Assembly (NCBI GenBank): GCA_030141605.1
Contig: JAQGDQ010000060.1
Location: forward strand, 558,001 to 622,000
DNA: 64,000 nt
Direction of reading: 5' to 3'
DNA from: Tubiluchus corallicola
Taxonomy: Eukaryota; Animalia; Priapulida
Shown here: positions 39,255-52,100 of the stretch, piece by piece
How positions within the stretch are numbered: the stretch's first letter is position 1
Layout of the letters: each line of letters opens with the position of its first letter
Position numbers and translations under genes: made by a program
Notes under the pieces: model-generated
Told to the model about the DNA's origin: nothing
What the model saw: only the letters and a program-made list of their open reading frames with translations
Database searches by the model: none

Positions 39255-40399
39255 TTAAAGGAAAATCCGCTTCTGGACACTTGGAGACCGTGTTTTATCG
39301 CGCAGCCATGTGCAATATCGACACTTTGCGTCAGCTGCTTTCTTAATCTGAGCCATCAGTTCAATGTTATCCATGAATCCTGGAAAATACTGTCCGGTGT
39401 AATGAAATATCTTGTTCATTTTTCCCATGTCCAGCGACCTCTTGTTGGATTCTCTGTTCCGCTGCGAAAAAATGTTCAAGCGAAGGCACGAATCAGCGAG
39501 AACATCTCGCGTGAAGAAAACGTCTAACAGCTTCACGACAAAATGCTGCGGGTTCGTAACAATTGTGCTGACCTTGTACACCTCCTCGGCGATTGTTGCG
39601 TCGTCGTCCACTTCCAGTTTAATTTCATCTTTTTGCAAAAGCGAACACGCCACAGGAAGAGGATGCTGATCTGAGTTGATGGAAATGTTATTTAATAAGT
39701 CACTAGGTGACATACCCGGTTGATGACTGAAAGTAGCTCCGGGAAATAAATTACGCTGAAATGTTTCTTTAGGAAATGGTATTTGAATGGGCACTAATGA
39801 GTAATCTTTCTGTGTATGTTGCTCTGGAGTATCACTATTAAAGGCAGTACTATATGGAGGTGCCAGAAATTGTTCCGACTCTTCAGTCAATACAATGCAG
39901 TTGTCGTCGTCGTCAGTTTCTTGTTCAGCACGAATTTCACTTCCACTCGGTTGGCTTGTCACAGGACCGTCATCTGCAAACTTTTGACTATGAATCACAT
40001 CAAGGATCTGATCCAGCTTGTTCGACATTTCCGCGCGCTCTTTTCCGGCGATTTTCTGATTGTTCATTATTTTCCTATGATTCTTAAGAAGAATTTGTTG
40101 TTCATTGATCATCCCGGCTGATAAATTCATTACCGATGTCAAAGTTTGTTGTTGCTGGCTCATCATCTTGCCTTGTTCATGTACAATTCTTTTTAGGTAC
40201 GACAACACAGAAACAAGAGACTCTTCGTCTGGTGAATCTTTTAAATGATAGAGTTCTTTAACTTCTTTTCCTTGGCGAGACGATTGTTCTTCAACAATAT
40301 CCACATTATCAGTTTGATCTTCACCAATGGACTTTGATAGAGAATCTACGGCCTCTTGACTCTGACGCATCGTGACTGGAGAGCGGAACTGTCCAAGAC
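39255..40399 (-). CDS. Coiled-coil plus BEN-domain terminal exon B (alternative last exon of the NAP gene and/or stand-alone gene from the ATG at 40370)
   Basis: Acceptor ttttatcacaaag|GT, open in phase 1; C-terminal BEN signature PQHFVVKLLDVFFTRDVLADSC...KRSLD...YFP...IKKAADAKCR. Confidence 0.88.
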
Positions 40400-40809
40400 C
40401 TTTGTGATAAAATCAACAATACTTTTAAAACTACAGATTTGAATATCATACGTTTGGTTACACAGTTAAAAATATAATTAGTTGTTGTCGTTACAAAGAA
40501 GACTCAATAAAAACAGTATTTCCGGTTACAATAATCAAATTATCACATGGCTCTCTTTAAATTAAGAACAGTTCTACAGTAGCGCAAAAGTACGTAAATC
40601 CAAAATAATAACAATGTAAAGTTCAGTAAACAGTTCCAAGTTCTAACAAGCTTTAAAGAGGAAGAAAAGGCAATTCTAAAGTATATCTCAAAAAACTTTC
40701 CACACAAATTGTAATTACCTAATGGTTGCCTGCTTGAAAGACTTATGCATCTAGAAAAGAAAATTCTTAGTAATTTAAAATGTTCCCGCCAACTGGTAAA
40801 ATGCCTCAC

Positions 40810-41000
40810 CTTCCCAGCGTGCACCAAAAAATGTATTTTGATCTTATTGCCAAGATAAAGTAACTTGTACTTTTGCCTAATTAGTGAATCTATGCTACGA
40901 ATGTCTCGATTGTTTTTTTAAACTTGATGCAAAATTGTCTAAACTTGTTTCAAATGACTTATCGTCAAAATGGCTGCGCCTAATGGTTATCGCGGGAGTT
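40810..41000 (-). promoter_or_regulatory. Possible internal promoter and first exon for BEN exon B
   Basis: caaaatggctgcgcc (YY1-like) and tcgcggga at about 40966-40998; strong donor AAG|gtgagg at 40810. Confidence 0.35.
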
Positions 41001-42036
41001 AAACTTTTCAAGTTTTTACAGAGTTCCTATTAGTACTAGGTTTGGGTGCAAGTGATACAAAATTTCAAGATTAATTTTTTAGCTCTATGTAAGTAAAGGC
41101 TTTTCTTGTGCTTTAAAAGCAAACGAAAAATATTTTCTTTCTGTTGTTTTCATCAAACTTTAAAAAGTACAGGGCCAACAATCAACTGTAGACAGTAAAA
41201 CACATTGCAAGGTAATATAAACTAAAACTGTAAATGCCAAGCATGTAGAAAATTACCTACATTACCTTCAAGTGAACACTTAATATGCTATGCAAAAATG
41301 CATTTGTCTGTGAGCCAAGTGTAGGCTTACTAACTTCACAGGCGTACTTAATACCCAAGCTAAAAATGACAGGTTTGGATAATAATGTCTGAAATAAACT
41401 TCTTTGAAACAAAACTGGAGTCACCCGTGTAATAAAGAAACACAGTCCCAGTACGTCAATTCAAAATTATCAAGTCAAACTATCAATATGACCTCATATC
41501 ACACTCAATTTTAAAAATAGTGAGACGTATTTATAAGACAGCTAATCCGAATGCATGATTCATTGGCTAATTGCCTTGCTTCTGATTTATTCTAAAATAC
41601 TATTCTTATTTGCATTGTTGCACAAAAGCAACATTGCCAGTTTAAATAATAAAAACATATAAGTTAATTAAATCTGACACAAATTAAAACAGAGTTTAAT
41701 GCTGACTGATATAATTAATTTGGCAAAAAGTTCTTGAGTCAAACTTATTATGTTTAGATCACCATAAAGAGTGATCTAATTAAGGTGCAATGTTCTAAGA
41801 CAAATGGGCATTTTTTAAAAAGTTTTGACAACATAACTGGCTCACAGCAATTATACTGTACAAAACAAACTCACTTAAGCCGAGAACACGCTCATTTATC
41901 GAACTACCTTTCTTGATAAAATTCAGTTATTACTGTACAAGACTAGACAAGAATATTACCATCCTCTTAAATATTTACTAATGCAGGCGCATTGTCCTGA
42001 AAATATTTCATTACTAAGACTAGACAGGAAATTAAC

Positions 42037-43127
42037 CTAAACGTTAACTAATGCGGATGCATTGTCCCGAAAGTATTTTGCAGCATGTCTGCATTTGTTA
42101 TTGATTCCATCCCTGATGTCAATCCACTGAGTGGACATACAACCGGGAAAGAAGTACTCCAACAATCCGTAAATTTTCCTCATCCTGTTGGTATCCAGCT
42201 TCCGTTTTGGCAGCCGGGCGCTTCCAGCTCCCTCCGACGGCAATCCGGAAGTAGTGCCGCTATACCCCGCTATGTTCGATTCCGCCATTTCCTCTTTAGA
42301 GAAGAAGTATGGTAACAGCTTAAGAGCAAACAGCCTAGGTGTCCTTGTCACATCCACAAGAGTATGCAGCGTAGAGATGTCGGAAAGTGATGCAGGCAGA
42401 TCTTCCGTCGGATTTGGATCAATGGTTGGTACAAACTTAGTGGAGTTGCAGGAATTGTCATCAACTGTCCCTTCGACTGCGCAGACTCCTTCACAATCTT
42501 CTCCATCGTCGAGCTGAATGCAGTCCACCGCTTCTACCTTCACCGGTTCGACAGTCAGAGCTGTCTGACTAGATTCGTGCGTGTTCTTGCACAGGTTTGT
42601 TACCACAGAGCACGATTCTGCTGGCAAATTCTCTATAAATGATGAAGGTAGAATAGAAGAGGAATTTGAAACTGCTTCTTTTTCAACTAACGAATATGAC
42701 GACGGCAAAGACGGCTTTCTCTGCCGGTGCTTTCGACTCACGTCCTTCACACCTTCACGCAAACAAACTGCCATATCTGGTTTATTTGCTATATTTACAT
42801 TTGCAGGTAGCAAACTGTCAAATGGATTTTCGCTCACTGAAACATATTCTGGTTGTCTGTGCATCAATAACAAACTACAAAGTTGATCTAACTTGTGTGA
42901 CAAACCGAGGACCTCAGAACTGCTCTGAATTTGCGAGTTTTTCACAGTTTTCAGCTGTTCTAAAATAGCCGATCGCTCCTCTTTTGCCTCCACTTGGTTC
43001 TGGAGTATTTTATTCAGTTTCAGATCGGCTACTTTTTCAGTTTTGGCAGAAGGTCTTCTTGCATGCGCATGTTCGAGAACCTTGCATTCACCTTCTCTTT
43101 TGGTGGCGTGTTTTCCAAATCCCGAGC
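42037..43127 (-). CDS. Coiled-coil plus BEN-domain terminal exon A (BANP-like BEN)
   Basis: Acceptor tttatttcctttcctcaaag|GC, open in phase 1 with no early in-frame ATG; BEN signature PRLFALKLLPYFFSKEEMAESNIAG...KRKLD...FFP...WIDIRDGINNKCR. Confidence 0.9.
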
Positions 43128-46100
43128 CTTTGAGGAAAGGAAATAAAAATCACTATGAAACAGAAACCGAAGAAGAATGATAACTCGTTTTTTAAGTGAG
43201 ATTAAAAACACTACTAGAGTACAAATACATATTAAAGTTAACTCAAAGTACCGAAAAGCCTAAAAACGGTAGAGTTTAGAATACGCTATATACAAAATTT
43301 CGAAGTAAAACGGTTAAAACAGAGGTATGTAAAATACAAAGAAAACTTATTAATACCCGCGAAAATGTACAAATATAAAGTATCACACAGTAATAAATAC
43401 AATAATGGTTCTCAGCTGTTAAAATCGTGTACATGTTGCTATGATAAGTAAAAATACTATTAAAAAACCGAAAATTTGTGAAGCTGTCACAAGTGCTTTT
43501 AATTGTCCTACTTAGTGGGAATTCTACACATGCACAGCATTAACGATGTGAAATAAACAGACATTGAAAACATAATATTAAAACTTCACATCTGCAAAGC
43601 CTGCTTTAAGACAAAAATCTTTATGAAATAATGTGAGTGTTGCAACACATGAATGGTTTTATAGTGTGCCTATACAATATTCACAAATTACATTGCTGCA
43701 CTTAATTGATTTATTACAATAAAACCATGAAGTTTTTGGATTAACATCTGCAAACTTTGCAAAATTGGCTATGAACCTGACTTAATAACCATATTTAAAA
43801 ATGCAAGAAACTGAAAAATGATATGTGTGCTTGCATAGTAAAAACGTCCATAAGTTGGCCTAGCTATTTACGTATCCTGAATCTCTGTTTCATGCGGACC
43901 ATTTTGATACCAAGCTCATCGCTCTGTGTTCTTTCTAAGCTGAGATAATTCACATTGAAGTTGAAGTGCAGGTTAAGCAATGAAAAAACACAATCTTGCG
44001 AAAATCACTTTTAAAGTTTGTCATTGTTTTGTGTCGAGTCTTTGCAAAATATTTAGCAAATGTACAAAAGGTTGGGTTAATTGTTATAGACTTTGCAAGA
44101 ACACATTAAAGTTAGGTTTAAATCCAGTTGATGGCCCTTCCACACTACGACGTGGGCTTGGCAACAGAAAAACCACAAGCAAAATGAATGCTTCCATGAG
44201 CTACTAGCGGAGTTTAAAAATAGAAGTTTTTCACAATTGCTGTTCTAGTCTTTAGCCAGAAAAGTGAGTACTTTTTGAACATTTTCTCGATGATTTGATT
44301 CTAGGATATAAAACTTCAAAAAAGTTAGCATTTGTTTTTATAAAAAACAAAAAAATCGACATTTGACCAAATTTTCGTGCACACTACTTTGAAGCATCAT
44401 AATGTAGTTTTAGCTATGCCGACTTATGGATGGTTTTGGTTTGAAAGCACACATAAATGATAAATTAACAATGATAAAACTGAAAATAAAACTGGTACAT
44501 CAGGTATCAAAACTCACTGAAGTACCTAATAACAGCATTTTCATCCTATTGTAAGTAAAAGAGTTCCCCACAATTTTTGCATATAAACATTTTTTATGTT
44601 AGCTAATAAGTTTACAAATTTATTTACAGCATACGTGGTGCTAAGTACATCTAATTAAACTAATATTGTGCACATTTGTAATGCTTATTACTGACAATTG
44701 AAAACTGTGGGTTAATTACTTTCATTCCCAAGTTGGCTTGTTGTCGGGCCTATACAATAACTCTGTCATTCATAACACTTGAGTACATTTTTACAGGCAA
44801 ACCAGAAGGCATTCACTCGATTCCCTGTTATTTACCAGGTTAGCTAAACTCTACCTTGTGCCAATCTTATACCCGTATTTCTATGCACTAAGACAGTTAA
44901 GTCTGTTTGAAAATATCACATAATGTCCAACTTGAGATTGAAAGCTACAAATCTGACGTGACAGCAGACGAATTCTTTTAGATAAAGGGCCGCAGACAAG
45001 AAGGCAAAATGTGAGTAAAGGCAGTACTAAGAACAACAGATGTTGTTTGCATGATTCCCTAACAAAGACCGATGATTTCCTAACAAAGAAAAATCTAGTT
45101 CCGCCTCAAGTTATCGACTGAATGCACGAATTTGAAATAATCTTAAAAAGAGGCTAATCGTACTTCGAGAAAATTCGCAATTTTAAAACCTATGAATTGT
45201 CTGTTGGTAAGACCAGGGAGGTTCTACTATGGAAATGAGTAGCAAAAATTAAACATACGGAACAGCATATCTGATTTTTATTTTTATTCAGAATGCTGAT
45301 AAGATTAATCTTTGTTATTAAAACTATCTGCAACCTATAATCTAATTTGGATTGGTCATACATTTTACCATCATGTCATCTCTTTTCATTGCACATCTTT
45401 TTTATCCTGCCCCCAACACCTAACAACACACCATGCAGTTGGGCTGTCCAAGTTCTATCTTTTCGCTCAGAGTTACATCATTTGTTCACTAATTCATTGC
45501 TCACTTGAAAAGTAATTGCGGTAATTTTGTTTTCAGTTTGTGTAATTGTATGTAGTATATCTGATTATGTACTTGTAATGGTGTTTTTGTCTGATAAACA
45601 ATAAACAAAAACATTTTTACTCCTCAGAGGCTAAAAATTTACTCACATTCACTTACGTTTTTCATAAAAACTTGAACTCTTTGCTTGGCTACAGACAGTT
45701 ACTTGACACGAATCAAAACTCGAGAAATACATAATTTAATAAATTTGTACTTAAAAAGTAAAGAGCCTTAAGAATTGCCTAATAACCTTCCAATAACCTA
45801 ACCAATTTCTATTCTTTGTCATCTATCACACAGCTTTTATATTGTGCCTTGATACTTAATTCACTACACAAATATCTCAAAGATTTTTATTTTGCATCTC
45901 GTACATGATGTTTTGTTAACAAGTGTGTACATGTTAACAAGGGTGCTTGACTCCAGGTGAACTAAGTGAGTCATTTGTAAAGGTACTAATTTCTAGGTGA
46001 ACCAAATGAGTCATTTGTAAAGGTATTCATGTCTAGATGAATCAACTGTATCATTCGTAAAAGTGCTTGACTCCAGGTGAACAAAGTGAGTCATTTGTAA

Positions 46101-49100
46101 AGGTGTTTACAACTTCTTAGAATAAAAAACAAAAAGTGGACATGATTGGGAAGACAAGCTAATTATTGCATTAACTAAACCAATGTCACATTTTCAGAAG
46201 AACATCAGCAGCTGATTCTAAACATAAAACAGCTCACTATGCAAGTAATTATTATTCCTAGTTAAAATTCTAATAGCTGAAATTTAGCAAAACAGAAACT
46301 GTTTGCAGAAGAGAAAGCAGAAGTAGTAAAGGACCCTAACAAACATCAAACAGATACAAGTGTCAACCTACCAGATGAATTGTGCTTTTCTTGGCAGTTA
46401 GCATCACTTTGGTCTACAGTAGCACCGCGGCTGCTTTCATAATCATCAGCACCTCCGCCTTCATCCTCGACTCGACTGAGATCACTGATATTATCACCTG
46501 TTATGATGGTCACACCATCACTGTAATGCAAAAGAATATAAATTTACATTACACTATGAATGTTTACGAGAGTACATTGATGACAATTAATTTGATTGTT
46601 TCAATTTTCTAACGCAAATCATGTAGTTCATTAAAATCCAAGTGAAGTCATTTGTAAAGGTTAATAACTCCAGGTGAACCTAGTGAGTCATTTGTAAAGG
46701 TGCTTGACTCCAGATGTACCAACCGAGTCATTTGTAAAGGTGCTTGACTCCAGGTGAACCAAGTGAGTCATTTGTAAAGGTACTCATTTCTAGGTGAACC
46801 AAGTTCATTTGTAAAGGTATTCATGTCTAGATGAATCAACTGTATCATTTGTAAAGGTGCTTGACTCCAGGTGAACCAAGTGAGTCATTTGTAAATGTGC
46901 TTGACTCCAGGTGAACCAAGTGAGTCATTTGTAAAGGTGTTTGGCTCTATGAGTCATTTGTAAAGATACTTATCTCTAGATGAATCAAATGAATCATTCG
47001 TAAAGGTGCTTGACTCCAGGTGAAGCAAGTGAGTCATTCGTAAAGGTGCTTGACTCCAGGTGAACCAAGGGAGTCATTCGTAAAGGTGCTTGACTCCAGG
47101 TGAACCAAGGGAGTCATTCGTAAAGGTGCTTGACTGCAGGTGAAGCAAGGGAGTCATTCGTAAAGGTGCTTGATTTCAGGTGAAGCAAGGGAGTCATTCG
47201 TAAAGGTGCTTGACTCCAGGTGAACCAAGGGAGTCATTCGTAAAGGTTCTTGACTCCAGGTGAACCAAGGGAGTCATTCGTAAAGGTGCTTGACTCCAGG
47301 TGAAGCAAGGGAGTCATTCGTAAAGGTGAGTCACTCCATGCGAATCAAATAAGCCATTTGCAAAGGATTATCCAACTTTTGATACACTAAACTGCAAGCC
47401 AATATTCAGCATTCATTGACAGTCTGTTTGACAAAGCAATGTCTTTTAAGAACTGATCTACTGAACCCGTAGAACATTCGCATGCACATACAAAGTAATG
47501 ACTTCTAAGAACAGATCTACTGAACCAGTAGAAGATTCGCATGCACATACAAAGCAATTTCTTCTAAGAACAGATCTACTGAACCAGTAGAAGATTCGCA
47601 TGCACATACAAATACCATTTTCTTAATGTGGCAAACAACTGGGGGACAATAGGATAAACGAAACTGCCTCTTTATTGATCAGGCTCAACAATGCCTAACT
47701 TTAGTCATTAAAAAACAAACATGAAACCACGACTATTTTCCTCCTCCCAATACAATATGAACAATATCACGAAGATCAGTGTGTAAATATAAAAAAAACA
47801 CGTGTTAAACATTTCAGTAGACAACAGCCTCATTTCTAGAGCTCAAAACAACGTCAACAACACTAACTTTAATCAAATCCGTATAGTTAAGCATACTTTA
47901 AAATTCAAGTGTAAAAAACTTTCATGTACAAAGACTTAAATAATACAAAATTAAATCTACCTATATTGATATTAAATTAAACACTCATGAAGTTATCTAA
48001 GATTTCTAGGCAATAAAGATCAAGTATGTTTTACACTGAAATGTTTGAAGTAAAAATAAGGATACAGAATTGTTAACATTTTAAATATTTGGTTTAGCAG
48101 CCCTAGAAACACAGAGAATTGGCTTCCTACTAATATACAGCTAAAATCATAAATACATAGAATTAAAAATATGGCTTCATATATAAAATTAAGAATATGA
48201 TTTCATATTTACATGATTGATTCTTTCTTCTCATCAGGCAGAGACTGCGGAGGTATACAGGTATGAGGTAGTTCAGCATCATCAGGAGAATCGTCATTTG
48301 TTTGCGACGAGAGTGCGTTGACAGAATATTGCGCAGGTTCATCTATTGCAGTTTTAGTTCCTGAGATGTCCATCATAAAATACTGTAAAGGGTCTAACCA
48401 AATGTCATTGCAGATAGCCTAGAAATTAGACAGTGTTTTACTACTTAGACATGTTATGAGTTATGACAACAAACTGGTAAAAAGTAGTGGACATGTCTAA
48501 TTGTCTATCACCCTTTTTTCATCCAATTTCACACTTGATAAAGTTTAATAAGACACCCAAGAGCTGGATCATCCTAATAAAAATGTTGTGGAAGGACCAG
48601 AACGTAGTTTGCTGTCAAGGATAACCCTTTAATTAGACAGTGAACAGTCAATGGTGTCTCAGCCATGTACAGCATCCCCCAAGTACGTAAAAGGCAACCA
48701 AGCCAGGGCAGTATGCTACGTAAGACATGCCTGAAGTTTTTCTACAGTCACTCATCTATTTAGTGGCCAAGTTAGGTGTTGCTTGGCTTTGGTCACGCTT
48801 GACCTGGGTATTAAGTGAAAGGGTTAATTTACTGGCCAGGTTAAGTGTTGTTTAGCTTTGGTCACACTTGACCAGAGTATTAAGTGAACGAGTTAATTTA
48901 CTGGTCAGGTTAGGTGCTACTTAGCTTTGTTCTTGCATTACCTGGGTATTAAGTGAACGAGTTAATTTACTGGCCAGGTTAGGTGCTACTTAGCTTTGGT
49001 CACGCTTGACCTACGTATTAAGTGAACGGGTTAAAAGTACTTGCGGGCAGTTAACTGTCTCCTGATGATGTAAACATCCAAACTTAACTTAGGCACCTCT

Positions 49101-52100
49101 CCTAGTTTATTGCTAATCACAACCATCTCCATCAGGTACATCTTGGCACTGAGCATCTGACTCCAGTTTGAAAATTGCCAATCCACAAAAAGAACTGACT
49201 GGTGTCAGAGGAACCTACCTGCGCCACAACATCTTTTGACAAATCACAGCAACTATCACTTAGCAACCACGATATAAAACTTGTTGGCAGGTGAGCACGT
49301 TTCTTGCCACCTTTAACATCCGTTGATTTCATCTCGTCCCACTGGATGTCACTGTGTGAAATGCTGGAATAACCTAAACAAAACAAAATGTGTCTAAAGG
49401 AAAACCGGACGATTGTTTAGACTCAATCTCATTTTAATTTAGTGTCCAAACTACATTTTCTTGCCTATAAAAGTTAGCAATTGTTTCTTATAATTGAATA
49501 ATTAGCTTAGAAAGTTAATTAATGACAACTGAACACAGCTATCGTCAGAAACTAACGACAGTTTGTGCAATGGCAGGCATCTTCCCTTGCATGCCAAGCA
49601 CGTTTGCGCAAGTGCTACAGTACTGTTTAAATGCATGATGTCACGAAAATGGGCTTTAGGTCAGAAACTAACACAGCAGTTCATGATCATGGTTATCACG
49701 GTACCGCCTTCTATTTGTCGGCCATGCAAATGTGACAAAGAGCCTACGTTGCCTAAATTTGAGTACCCGAGGTAATTATTATTTAATCTAAGCTTTGATT
49801 TAAAAAAAGCCACTGTAGTTTTCAATATTTTAAAGCATTCTTTATTCTGAACTAATATTTACACAATCGACCGGTTTTCCTTTAAATGCTTTACTAATTT
49901 AATAACAAAACATTAATAGCTAAAAAATAACTGTCTTCACGCACTAAACACAAATTTCAAGTTCTAAAAACAGCAAAAATTAGTTCACCGTAAACAGTTA
50001 TATATGTAACAGGTTCATAAACACGTCAGTGGTAGATTCTACATGCATGAATACAAGTTAACAGAAAGACAATTGCTCCTGTGTGATGCTCCAATAAAGC
50101 AGAACATGTGAAATGCTGGGGTAATACTTATATGAATAGAAATCAAAAGCCTTTTGTAAACTGGCAAAGTATTCCTGGCTGTATCTGTGGATCACGATTC
50201 CTACGAATTAAATCCCTCATCGCTAAAAAACAAACCACTTGAAACATTCTAATTCGATTACAATCTTGTTCTTGTAATTCGATATCATGATTATTCTTTT
50301 GCAGGAATTTTTTTTAGTGTTTTAGAAATATTTTTCAAACATTGCAGCATTGAAATATAGCCTATAAACTTTTTCAAGGCTTTCATCGCTGTCTGCCATT
50401 GTCGTACTTGCCAAACTATTTTTATAGACACGTACATTCATTAACTACTCTATCACTATGTCAACTCATACGTCACACGAAAACAACTAAGCCCTAGTTT
50501 GCAACGCTGTGGTTTGCAATTGTGCGCATTGTGTAAGGTGAGAAAAATGAAAAAAATGCAAGAATTCGATTTATTTGTGCTAAAACACTGTCTTTTAATC
50601 AGTGTGCAACAAGTATATTTTGCTCTCGATTAACTGAATTACTGTTCAATAGCCGATTATATGGATTTATGGTTGTAATCTCGATTAATTTGATTAATCT
50701 ATTAATTGCCCATCACAAACATCTTAATAAAACTAAGACTAATGCAATACACTTTTATAGCGTGTGCGATAAAAAGCAATTTATACACAAAAAAAGTGTA
50801 ACTAATTTTATCAAAACAACTCAGATTCGTCAAGGCCACACAACCTATCCAAAACCATACACCTCAGCTACCTGACCAGGATTTGGATTTCGGCCGCTAC
50901 TCCTTAATCCTCATGCTCCTCTAGCCAGGCGCACAGACAAACATACAGCTTCGCTAGAGCGACAACAAAGAGAAAACTGAACATCTCTCTTAACACAGCC
51001 CATTCAAACAAACTCACTGCATACAAAAAGGAAGGAAAAAGAAAAGGAGAAGAAAGAAGAAAAGGAGAAGTTAAACAAGAAAGTTCCGAGAAAGAAATAC
51101 CTTTTTGTCTGCTAAATTACTTAATACAAACATCCTAACAAACTTCATTAACTCCCTTTCGGTGCACAATATAAAAAATACTCCATCTATGTGTTACCTA
51201 TGGAAGATGCACAATCTATAAAATCCTTTGAGATAGTTTCTCTCTCCAAATAAGGATTCTTGCTGAAGTGAAAAACCAGCCGCATCTTTTTGTTGTCCTC
51301 TAGCCTCTTTACATCTATCTAAAATGAAAACGGTTGTGGTTGACTGACAAAAATCTCTGTACAAAAACAAGTATCAAAAATTTCCTACGAATTATATGCA
51401 GACTACATAATCATAGACACTACAAAGACACTGAGCTTAAAAAAAATTCACTAAATGGAGTGCAAAAATTCGCTGCCCATCTTGGAACGTTTCGCTGTTT
51501 GCTGGTTCATCTACTAATTATCTGAGAAGTTCAAACCATCCCCGTAGGTCAGCTTTAGCCGTTTCACACTCGAGTAGGGCTGTAATGATACACCTAAGTC
51601 ACGATACAATACATATCGCGATACTAACCTCACGATACGATACGTATCACGATACACATTGAGTTAACGTTTACAGGCTTCAATTAAAAAAAAAACAGAT
51701 TAAGGTGTTGGCATATTATATGCATATATTAGATTTTTCAAACAATTTTAAAATCTGTAAGTGCTAAAATAATTCAGCAAACTGTTTGATTTCAGTTTAT
51801 ACTCTTGTATTATTTGCATTGTAAGCCACCGGAAATGCAAAACATTTCAATACTTTTTCATTTAAAATATGTTGGTGCATTTTCTAGTTCACATTTGCTG
51901 CAAGCCATTTCAGAAACGTATAAGTAAAAACTTAATTAGTCTACTATGCACATTATTATAAACACATTGCGCTTTCAACGGCTTCGCTTCTGGCTGGCTT
52001 CTAGCAGCAGGTCTCATTATGTCAAGGTCAAGCTGCCTATATATACTGCGCTCACTACACTACTTGTTAGGTATCTACAACACATGCTACAGCTGTACCT

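Noticed and set aside
39412-42968. Plus-strand ORFs overlapping the BEN exons (likewise those overlapping the ZNF exons)
   Set aside because: Antisense shadows of real coding exons with no independent motifs.
46640-47365. Hairpin-containing 40-bp array as a CRISPR array
   Set aside because: No spacers; it is an intronic tandem repeat with gradual divergence.
50186-50718. Possible hAT MITE with cgatta subterminal repeats
   Set aside because: Only one credible terminus and no TSD; too degraded to delimit.
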